Positions 26,561 through 33,999 of a DNA stretch of 61,949 nt are shown in pieces. Position 1 is the stretch's first letter, and every line of letters begins with the position of its first letter. The notes beneath the pieces are model-generated. The model was not told the origin of the DNA. It saw only the letters and a program-made list of their open reading frames with translations, and did no database searches. Made by a program: the position numbers and the translations under genes. Source of the DNA: a virus (Duplodnaviria > Caudoviricetes); IMG/VR virus record IMGVR_UViG_3300015245_000719, positions 1 to 61,949 of that record; one strand, written 5' to 3'.

Positions 26561-27276
26561 TAGTAGGAGTCCGCGCTACCGATCGCTTGCGCCTGGCTCG
26601 CGGTCGGGTTGACTGGTGGAACGACCTTGGGCGAGGATCCCGCGCGCGATGGCGCGTCGCTGTCCGTCGTCGTCTTGGTCTTGGCGGACACGCCGAGGCT
26701 CGCGTTGAACGCCTCGAGGAAGAGGACCGCCCGCGGCGAGCTCACGAACTCGTCATCGCGCGACTCCGCGCGCCAGACCATGTAGTCCTCGATCACCGGC
26801 TTGTACACGTCGGCGATCGGGATCTGATCCGTCGTGATCGCCAGAGCCGTTGGACTCTTCGCCCATTGGCCGGTGAGGATTGTGGCCCCGGGCGCCTGCG
26901 GGTACACGTAGAAGGCCACCGGGTCGCGCGGATGGCGCATCCAGTTCTGCGAGACGTCGGCGGTGTCGAGGTGCCAGTTGACGTTGAAGGAGTCGAAGTC
27001 GTCCGGGTCGGCTTCCTTCACCGCCCTGCCCCCCTTGACGCGGACGATCTGCATCAGGCGGATAGCGCCGGAGGGGAGCTTCTGGAACGTTTCGCCAGCG
27101 GTGAGAGGGATGTCGCCGAAGAACGAGAAAAGGTCTGGCCGGCGGAGCGCGACCTCGTAGAGGGCGTCGTTCGCGTAGTCGATCAGGTCGGCGTCGGCGT
27201 AGCGCAGCGCGGTGACGTCGGTGTCCTGGAGGACGCCCCGCACGCCGGTCAAAAGCTGGCCTAGCGTGACAGCCAT
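26560..27276 (-). CDS. Head-tail connector protein
   Basis: LQD...RY..ADLIDY.NDA...RPD, FYVYP and DY..WRA.SRD motifs. Confidence 0.75.
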   Translation of the reverse strand: MAVTLGQLLTGVRGVLQDTDVTALRYADADLIDYANDALYEVALRRPDLFSFFGDIPLTAGETFQKLPSGAIRLMQIVRVKGGRAVKEADPDDFDSFNVNWHLDTADVSQNWMRHPRDPVAFYVYPQAPGATILTGQWAKSPTALAITTDQIPIADVYKPVIEDYMVWRAESRDDEFVSSPRAVLFLEAFNASLGVSAKTKTTTDSDAPSRAGSSPKVVPPVNPTASQAQAIGSADSY

Positions 27277-27282
27277 GGCCGC

Positions 27283-27693
27283 TTACCCCGCTTGCTTTTG
27301 GGCGAGGCCCTTGAGGTAGTTTCGGACCTGCACTTCGTCGTGCGTCGGGTCCAGCTTGACGTTCGCCTGCTTCGCGAAGGACTCGAGGCCCTTCATGTCG
27401 AGCTCGTCGAGGAACGCGAGCGGGTCCGCGTTCTTCTCCTCTTCGGCTACGGCTGGCGCCGAGGCGTCGGCGACGACCTGCGCGAGCAGAGCGCGGGACG
27501 CGTCGTCGTAGGGCTCGTAGGCCGAGTCGATCGCGAGCAACGTGCGGGCGTCGCCCTCGTCGGCCACGTCGGCGACGTGCTTGCTTGACGTCGCTGTCGG
27601 CTGGAAGTTGTACTCCCGGTAGTCAGGCTTCCCGGGGTAGGAGAACGTAACGAGCGACCCGCCGGGCCGCTCGTACTTGCATCGGATCAACAT
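27283..27693 (-). CDS. Conserved-looking head-module hypothetical protein
   Basis: 136 aa, CAGGAG SD, co-oriented in the head operon. Confidence 0.65.
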   Translation of the reverse strand: MLIRCKYERPGGSLVTFSYPGKPDYREYNFQPTATSSKHVADVADEGDARTLLAIDSAYEPYDDASRALLAQVVADASAPAVAEEEKNADPLAFLDELDMKGLESFAKQANVKLDPTHDEVQVRNYLKGLAQKQAG

Positions 27694-27719
27694 GCCAGAC
27701 TCCTGTCAGGCGACGCTGC

Positions 27720-28391
27720 TTACGCGCCGAAAACTTGGTTGCGGTAGCGCGCGGTGAGGCCCACGACGATGGAAATGCAGGTCCAGGTCAGGCCGTTGTC
27801 GGCCGTGGTCTGCGCGGTCGTGGTGTTCCACTCCGGCTGCGACGCGATCGGCGAGCTGACTGTGCCGCCGCCGCCCGTGACCTTGAACATGGAGCCGTTG
27901 GCCAGGGTGATGGTGTCGCCGGTCTGGTACACGGTGCTCGGCTGCCAGGCGCCCTTCAGGGCTCCCGAGGCGGTCGGTGTGGTTGCCGTTGCCGGGCCGG
28001 TTTGCGCCAGGACCAGGAGGAATCGGTCGTAGGGCTTCGAGGTCAGGCGCGGTGTGTCCACGCCGGTCGGGCGGAACTCGCCGCCGGCCTTCGACTGCGC
28101 GCCGGTCGTCGCCAGAAGGACCGGTCCGAGAAGTGCCGTTCCGGCTGCGTTCGCGATGCCCACCTGGAGCACGGCGGTAGGAGCCGCGTTCGAGTCCAGC
28201 GAGTCCAGGTCGAGGATCAGGTCCTCGAGCACCGTGTTCGCCGGCAGCTTGACCATCTGGAAGGTGTCGTTCAGCACCAGGGCGCCCACGAGGGCGATAG
28301 GCGCGCGAACCGACACTGCTTGACCGGCCTGTGAAAGGCTGACCGGCGGACGTGCCCCTTGGGATTGGGGGCTCTTGTAGGCTGTGGACAT
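27720..28391 (-). CDS. Capsid decoration protein with a CBM5/12-like insertion
   Basis: Immediately after the capsid gene; WQPSTVYQTGD...FKVT.GG...PEW...DNGLTW aromatic module. Confidence 0.65.
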   Translation of the reverse strand: MSTAYKSPQSQGARPPVSLSQAGQAVSVRAPIALVGALVLNDTFQMVKLPANTVLEDLILDLDSLDSNAAPTAVLQVGIANAAGTALLGPVLLATTGAQSKAGGEFRPTGVDTPRLTSKPYDRFLLVLAQTGPATATTPTASGALKGAWQPSTVYQTGDTITLANGSMFKVTGGGGTVSSPIASQPEWNTTTAQTTADNGLTWTCISIVVGLTARYRNQVFGA

Positions 28392-28436
28392 GTTGCTTTC
28401 TCCTGAAAAATGGTCTCGTCGTCGCTACGGCTCGGA

Positions 28437-29561
28437 TTACGGAGCCACCGCGGCCACGTCGTTCGCGATCACGCCGAAGTCGTTCTGGCCGTTCGCGGTC
28501 GTGAACGTGCACTTCTTGATGCCGAAGATCGTGTTGGTGCTGATCACGATTTCGTTCCCGTTGTCACGGGTCTCCTCGTGCCAGTCGAACCGCAGGCCGG
28601 TGCCCGGCGAGCCGAAGGCGCACACTGCCGCCTGCGAGCCGAGGAAGAGGCCACGCACGGCGGAGACGTTTGCGCCCGCGCCGTAGTTGTTGAACTGGAT
28701 GAGCGCCTTGTGGCTCTGGAGCACGACGTTGTTGTACATGCCCAGGGCGCCGTTGAAGATCGGGTTCTTGCGACCCTCGGCAGCAGCCGCAGCCTTCTGG
28801 ATGTCGAGCCACTGGCCGGCGGAGCTGTTCGTCCGCAGGTCGAACTCCATCCAGGGGTTCATCAGGTAGACGAAGTGGTCCTCGCCGTCGATCTTGATCG
28901 GCTGGATCTGCGGGATCTGCGTGGTGCCCCCGCCCATCATGTAGGCAGTTGCGAGCAGCCGGTCGATGACCGTCAGGTTCAGCTTGTCGGCCGCGACCAT
29001 CGCGTTCGCCGCGGTTGGTGCGCCGGCGGCGTTGTACTGTTTCAGGTGGTTCGTGTCGGGCGACGTCAGCGGGTTGTTTGCGAACCCGGTGTAGGTCGTC
29101 GCGAACACGTAGTCGGTGTTGACTCCGCGCGCGCCCGAGAGGTACATGAAAAACAGTTCGTCGAACACCCGCGCCCACCAGTCGGCCTGGCGCTTCTTGC
29201 TGATCTGCCGGATGTCGTGGAGCGTGCGCTTGCGCGTCATACGGCCACCGCCGTTGACACCGCCGCGCATTTGGTCCACGTACACGTTGTCCGTGTAGAA
29301 CTTCAGGTCCTCTTCGAGACCTTCGAGGGTGTTGTCGCCCTCGACTGGCTGCATCGCCAGCTGCATGTTCAGGTCGTACACGATCTGCTCGCCAGCGTCC
29401 GACTCGAGGTCGGTGAGCATGTGGACAGGCGCCGACGCGTCCGCGCCGTAGCCCATCATCTTCTTGTTGAAGTAGCTGGTGCGGCCGATGTCCACGGCGA
29501 GCGCCGCGGAATACTTCTTGACCGCTTTCGGATCGTTGAGGCCGACGATTGTCTTTGACAC
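28437..29561 (-). CDS. Major capsid protein, N4-gp56 family
   Basis: GTG start with AAGGAG SD; VEGDNTLEG.EE.L.F.TD...IDQ.R-type motif, YLSGARG, NPIF.GALGMYN, GIKK..F...DFGVI. Confidence 0.92.
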   Translation of the reverse strand: MSKTIVGLNDPKAVKKYSAALAVDIGRTSYFNKKMMGYGADASAPVHMLTDLESDAGEQIVYDLNMQLAMQPVEGDNTLEGLEEDLKFYTDNVYVDQMRGGVNGGGRMTRKRTLHDIRQISKKRQADWWARVFDELFFMYLSGARGVNTDYVFATTYTGFANNPLTSPDTNHLKQYNAAGAPTAANAMVAADKLNLTVIDRLLATAYMMGGGTTQIPQIQPIKIDGEDHFVYLMNPWMEFDLRTNSSAGQWLDIQKAAAAAEGRKNPIFNGALGMYNNVVLQSHKALIQFNNYGAGANVSAVRGLFLGSQAAVCAFGSPGTGLRFDWHEETRDNGNEIVISTNTIFGIKKCTFTTANGQNDFGVIANDVAAVAP

Positions 29562-29655
29562 GGGTGCGTCTCCTTGAATTTTCCAAGGTGGTCGCACTCA
29601 TGCGCTTCCGATCCTTGCTGCGTGGCGCCCTTTCGAGAGCGCCGGTTACCATTGA

Positions 29656-29687
29656 AGCCTACCCTAACGGGCAGAGTTCCCTAAATC
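29656..29687 (-). promoter_or_regulatory. Putative late promoter, class A, upstream of the capsid gene
   Basis: gatttagggaactctgcccgttagggtaggct matches 13867-13898. Confidence 0.55.
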
Positions 29688-29869
29688 TTGCTGCGGTCCT
29701 GCTTGTTCGGCGGAGTCAGCTTCACGCTATGCGGCGCCGTCACTACGATTCGAGCTCCAGAACCCCCACGCTTTTTCCCGAGCGCGATGTGAATCTCGCA
29801 CCCTTCGGAAGATGGCGGGACCGTCGCGACGACGGCCTCGCCAACCTTCAGGTCGCAGGACATGCCCAT
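29681..29869 (-). CDS. CsrA/RsmA-like small protein
   Basis: 62 aa; LKVGEAVV...I.I.LG.....ARIVVTAP.SVKL parallels CsrA RRVGETL...VRIGVNAPKEV. Confidence 0.55.
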   Translation of the reverse strand: MGMSCDLKVGEAVVATVPPSSEGCEIHIALGKKRGGSGARIVVTAPHSVKLTPPNKQDRSKI

Positions 29870-29873
29870 GGCA

Positions 29874-30875
29874 CTATTGCGCCAGGTACCGCGCGCGCTG
29901 ATCTGCTGTCAGGCGCGCGATGGCATTTTCGTACTCCATGCCCTCGAGCTCGTCGATCTTCGCGAACTCGTTCTTCGTGTCGATGTTGTCCGCAGCCGCC
30001 GGCTTGCCAGCCAGCGTCTCGGGAAGATCCACGCTCGCGATCTGCGGCGCGGGCTTGCCGGGCTTCGCCTCGGTCGCGTTTGCCACTGGCGCTCCGATGC
30101 CGAACAGCTTGCGCACTTCGCGGCCGGCGGCGTTCAAGAACTGCATGTCGCCGTAGTCCTTGAACTGCGGGTCGGAGTACATCGTCTCGAGCTGCGCCTG
30201 CATTGCGGCCCACACGCGCGGGTCATCGCGGATGATCTCGTTCCCTGGCGTCCTGAAGAACGATTCCTGGCGCGCGGCCCACGCTGCCTCCTCGTTCGCC
30301 ACGGTGTTCTGCTGAGCCATGTCGCTCTGGAGTTTCGAGCGCGACAGCTTGTCGTTCTCGATCATGAACTCCGCGGTCTTGACCTCGCCGTCCTCGAAGC
30401 GCTTGGCGAGCGCAGCTTGCGCTGCGGCGTGCTCTTCGTCGGTGACCGTCTTGGCGCTCACCTTCGCGAGCGTGGGGTTCGGGTCCTGTGCATCCGGAAT
30501 CCCGTCGTCGGCGCCTTGCGCCGGCGCAACAGCAGCGGGCTTCGCAGCCTCTCCTGGTTTCGCCGCAGCGGCGGCTTCGGCGGCCTTTGCAGCGTCCGCA
30601 GCCTTCGCGGCCTCTGCCGCCTTCGCTGCGTCCGCCGCTTTCGCCGCCTCCGCGGCTTCGGCCGTCTCTTTCGCGCGCGCTGCTTCAGCAGCAGCTTTCA
30701 GGTCCGTGTCTACGAACTCGGACGGCCCTTTGTCGTCCAGCTCGGCGCCGATCGCTTCGCGCTCGGCCGGGCTCATCATAGCGAGTTCCGCCTCGGTGTA
30801 ACCGGCCGGTGCCTCGACAACGGTTTCGTTCTCTTCTTCCTGCGCAGCTTTCGCCGCGGCTCCTGTCGCGCTCAT
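29874..30875 (-). CDS. Capsid scaffolding protein
   Basis: Acidic and helical, KAAEAAKAADAA repeats, C-terminal YE.AIARLT.DQRARYL. Confidence 0.8.
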   Translation of the reverse strand: MSATGAAAKAAQEEENETVVEAPAGYTEAELAMMSPAEREAIGAELDDKGPSEFVDTDLKAAAEAARAKETAEAAEAAKAADAAKAAEAAKAADAAKAAEAAAAAKPGEAAKPAAVAPAQGADDGIPDAQDPNPTLAKVSAKTVTDEEHAAAQAALAKRFEDGEVKTAEFMIENDKLSRSKLQSDMAQQNTVANEEAAWAARQESFFRTPGNEIIRDDPRVWAAMQAQLETMYSDPQFKDYGDMQFLNAAGREVRKLFGIGAPVANATEAKPGKPAPQIASVDLPETLAGKPAAADNIDTKNEFAKIDELEGMEYENAIARLTADQRARYLAQ

Positions 30876-30891
30876 GTGCTTGTCCTCATGG

Positions 30892-31308
30892 TCAATAATC
30901 GTCCTCGATTAAACGAAGAACCAGGGCTACCAGTTCGTCATCGTCAAGTTCCATTGATACAGGATCATCCAAAGTGACGGAAATCCCAGGGAACTCGACC
31001 TGCACGCGCCCCGGCGCGATGTGCCGCACGACGCCAGAGGGCAAAAACTCGCGCTTTTTGCGCTGTTTCTTGCGCTTTCCAGGCGTCCCGCCGCCAGTTG
31101 GCCCGGGCGGCAGCTGAAACACCGACGGTGGCGGCGTGACGTCGATCGGGAGCGCGCCGTCGCCCTGCGGGCTGAAATAGCGCGGCCCGTAGTAGAACTC
31201 GGCGAAAAACCGGTGGCCGAAGTAGCCGCCACCGGTCGCATCCTGGCCGACGCCGCCGAAGTAGCGCGGCCCGTAGTAGACCGCGCCGAAAAAGGCGCGC
31301 CCGAACAC
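30892..31308 (-). CDS. Hypothetical protein with duplicated FFxxxYYGPRYF motif
   Basis: 138 aa, GTG start tightly after the previous stop; basic patch and acidic DDDELVAL tail. Confidence 0.6.
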   Translation of the reverse strand: MFGRAFFGAVYYGPRYFGGVGQDATGGGYFGHRFFAEFYYGPRYFSPQGDGALPIDVTPPPSVFQLPPGPTGGGTPGKRKKQRKKREFLPSGVVRHIAPGRVQVEFPGISVTLDDPVSMELDDDELVALVLRLIEDDY

Positions 31309-31309
31309 G

Positions 31310-32896
31310 TTACGTCACGTCTGTAGTGACCGCGGAGCGGTTTCCGCTAGCGTCCACGGTCGCGGTGATGCGGTTCTTCGTGTCCGCGAGGTCGCGGAAG
31401 TGGACCGTGGTGGTCGCCATGCCGTCAGCCTTACCGGCGAGGGCGGAATTCCACAGGCGCGCGGCCTGACGCGCGGTGAACGTGCCATCCACCACCTCGT
31501 CCCAAACGGCGTGGACCGCTCCGACGGTGAGCGCCATGGCATCGCCGGTCGCAGCCGGTGCCGCAGGCAGATTCGTGGTCTTGGAGTTGATTGCCGCGAT
31601 GTCCGCCGCCAGCGAGGCGCCAGCCGGCGCTCCGAGACGGGTGTAGATAGCGCCCGCGCCCGTGTTCACGTCCGTCAGAATGGTGCCCGTGTCGGACTTG
31701 ATCGCCGCGATGTCTGCGGAGACCGAAGCTCCCGCCGGCGCGCCCAGGCGAACGAAGGCATCGCCGGTGATGAAGTCGGTAAGGCGCTTGCCGATGCTGC
31801 CTGCGGTCGTCAGCGCGCTGGTCAGCGCGTCCCAAATGGCTTGGACACCGGCACCAGACAGAGCGTAGCCGGTCTTGTCGTTGTTCGTCCCTACCGTGAC
31901 CGCTCCTCCCGAAAGCGTAATCGACGCGGACGCCAGGCGAGAGCTCACCGTGGCGTTGAGGTTGTTGCCGACGATGTTTCCTGCCGAGCCAGCACCGTAT
32001 GCTCCAGGGAGCGCGGTCAACCATGGGTCGCCAGCGGACCCGGCGCCGTTCAGCGCCGCGCCGGTCGTCCCTGCGGTCAGGTGACCCGAGAGAACAGCGT
32101 CCCAAACGGCGTTGGTCACTGCCGCGGACGTGAGGTCGTTGAAGCCGGTGATGTTCGTGGTCTTGGCCAGCACCAGCGGGGTCGAGGTGGCGTTGAAGTC
32201 CTGCCCCGAGCCTGCCTTCACGAGGGTCAGGCCGTTCCCGTTGCCGCTCCCGTTGACCTTCATCCCGTCGTTGCCGGACACCGTGGTCGTGCCGCCCGCG
32301 GTGATGTTCGCACCCTCGGCAGCTCCGTTCGTGGTCGCCGCGCCGGCGCCGCCGGTCGCTTTGATCGCCGCGGCAGCGGTACCGCCGCCCGTGGTTGAGG
32401 CTGCTCCGCCAGCCAGCGTCAGCGCCGCGGTCGCTGCCGCAGCTCCAGCTGCGGCCGTGCCGTTGATGGTGACCGCCGCGTTCGTTCCGGCGATGAACAC
32501 CCCGCCGGCTGCGCCCGGGGTCGCGTTCGGCAGCGCCGTGAGGCCCGCGCGCACGCTGTCCGAGAGGTCAACTGCGTGCTCGGCGCTCGCGTTGCCGTAG
32601 GTCTCGATGATGAACATCTGGTCCTCGACCGCCTTCGTCGCGGAATCGACCACCGTGATCATGACCTGTGCGGCCTGCATTTCGGTCGCGGTAAGGCTGA
32701 AGTCCCACATCGCGCCATTACCCATAGTAATAGCGGTCGGCAGGTTGGTGACGTTCGCAGCGGCGCCGCCGTCCTTGGAGATCTTCACGTCGCCAGCGGC
32801 CGGCGTCCAGTCCGCGCTCACGGCGAAGTCCACCACCGCGCGCTTGATGACCGGTACATAGATATGGCGTGCGACGCCGTATTTGGAAAGGAACAT
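31310..32896 (-). CDS. Ala/Gly/Thr-rich fibre-like virion protein
   Basis: 528 aa; three A(V/I)WD repeats and two RLGAPAGASxxADIAAI repeats. Confidence 0.7.
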   Translation of the reverse strand: MFLSKYGVARHIYVPVIKRAVVDFAVSADWTPAAGDVKISKDGGAAANVTNLPTAITMGNGAMWDFSLTATEMQAAQVMITVVDSATKAVEDQMFIIETYGNASAEHAVDLSDSVRAGLTALPNATPGAAGGVFIAGTNAAVTINGTAAAGAAAATAALTLAGGAASTTGGGTAAAAIKATGGAGAATTNGAAEGANITAGGTTTVSGNDGMKVNGSGNGNGLTLVKAGSGQDFNATSTPLVLAKTTNITGFNDLTSAAVTNAVWDAVLSGHLTAGTTGAALNGAGSAGDPWLTALPGAYGAGSAGNIVGNNLNATVSSRLASASITLSGGAVTVGTNNDKTGYALSGAGVQAIWDALTSALTTAGSIGKRLTDFITGDAFVRLGAPAGASVSADIAAIKSDTGTILTDVNTGAGAIYTRLGAPAGASLAADIAAINSKTTNLPAAPAATGDAMALTVGAVHAVWDEVVDGTFTARQAARLWNSALAGKADGMATTTVHFRDLADTKNRITATVDASGNRSAVTTDVT

Positions 32897-32897
32897 G

Positions 32898-33620
32898 TCA
32901 GTGCCTCATGTGCGAAAGGACGCCGCGACACACGCCGCGAACGTTGCGCTCGAGCTCCGGGTACGTGATGGTGGGACCGCCGCCCGAGCCGGCTTCCTTG
33001 TACGTGGCAATGAACGCGATGGAGTCGGTAACGCTTCCGGTAACGGTGATGCTCGTTGCCGTAGTGAGCGTGGACGTCACCAGGCGAGTGCCCATGGCGC
33101 CCGTCATGAAGTTAGCTCCGTCCTGCTGCTCGCGCTGGAGCGTGAACGTGTTGCCGAACGTGTGCACGATCGTTCCGCTGGAATCCTCGCAGCTGAAACC
33201 GATCAGAAGCTCGTTGGTGACCGTGGTCGTGATGCTCGGCGACGTGTACGGACTCGTCGAGTCCACGTTGCCGCCGCTTTGGTCCAGCGGAGCTGTCGTG
33301 TCCGCGCCGGTGATCTCGACACCGAAGATCGTCGCGTAGGTGGCGGAGCTAAGGTTGATGGTCTGCGTGTGGCTCGCCCCGCCCGTCCCGTTGATCTTCT
33401 GGTCCTGCCTGCCGTCGGAGCCCGCTCCCGATGTCTGCGTCGTCCCGATCTGCGCGTAGGTGTTCCCTTTGGCGTCGCTCCAGCTCGAGAACTTGCCGGT
33501 GCCGAAGGCACCGCCCAACCAGAACGTGCTTCCGCTAACCTGAGTCGTGACTCCGGGAGTCGTTACGAAAGTAGCGGAGCCAGTCGAGGCAGTTGCCGTC
33601 GAGCCGATCGCGATGGCCAT
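32898..33620 (-). CDS. Thr/Ser/Gly-rich beta-sandwich virion protein
   Basis: 240 aa, tightly coupled in the operon. Confidence 0.65.
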   Translation of the reverse strand: MAIAIGSTATASTGSATFVTTPGVTTQVSGSTFWLGGAFGTGKFSSWSDAKGNTYAQIGTTQTSGAGSDGRQDQKINGTGGASHTQTINLSSATYATIFGVEITGADTTAPLDQSGGNVDSTSPYTSPSITTTVTNELLIGFSCEDSSGTIVHTFGNTFTLQREQQDGANFMTGAMGTRLVTSTLTTATSITVTGSVTDSIAFIATYKEAGSGGGPTITYPELERNVRGVCRGVLSHMRH

Positions 33621-33621
33621 G

Positions 33622-33999
33622 TCACACCAGCGTCAGCGTGCCGCTCGCGATCTGGAGCGGTTGCGGATTGTCGAAACGAACCTTGAACAGAGCACCCTGC
33701 GGAACGAACGGCGTGCCGTCGCCCGTCTGTACGGACGCCTTGAAGAACCAGTTGCGCGTCGGGTTCCCGGCCTTGTCGAACAGGCCGGGGCCGATCCCCG
33801 CCGCGCCGAATTGGTCGAAGGTGGCTCCGCCGTCGCGGCTGATCCACTGCGAGAACACGAAAGTCGCGTTCGCCGGGAACGCGGAGAACGTGACCTGGAG
33901 CCCGAGCTCGCTGAAGGCGACCGGAGCCTGGCGCGCAGGGGTCTCGAAGCTCCCGACGGGGATGCTGGTCTGCGGGATCTGGAAGGAGTTGGCGGCCAT
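33622..33999 (-). CDS. Hypothetical beta-rich protein
   Basis: 125 aa; TAATG overlap with the portal stop; ISRDGGATF Asp-box-like motif. Confidence 0.65.
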   Translation of the reverse strand: MAANSFQIPQTSIPVGSFETPARQAPVAFSELGLQVTFSAFPANATFVFSQWISRDGGATFDQFGAAGIGPGLFDKAGNPTRNWFFKASVQTGDGTPFVPQGALFKVRFDNPQPLQIASGTLTLV

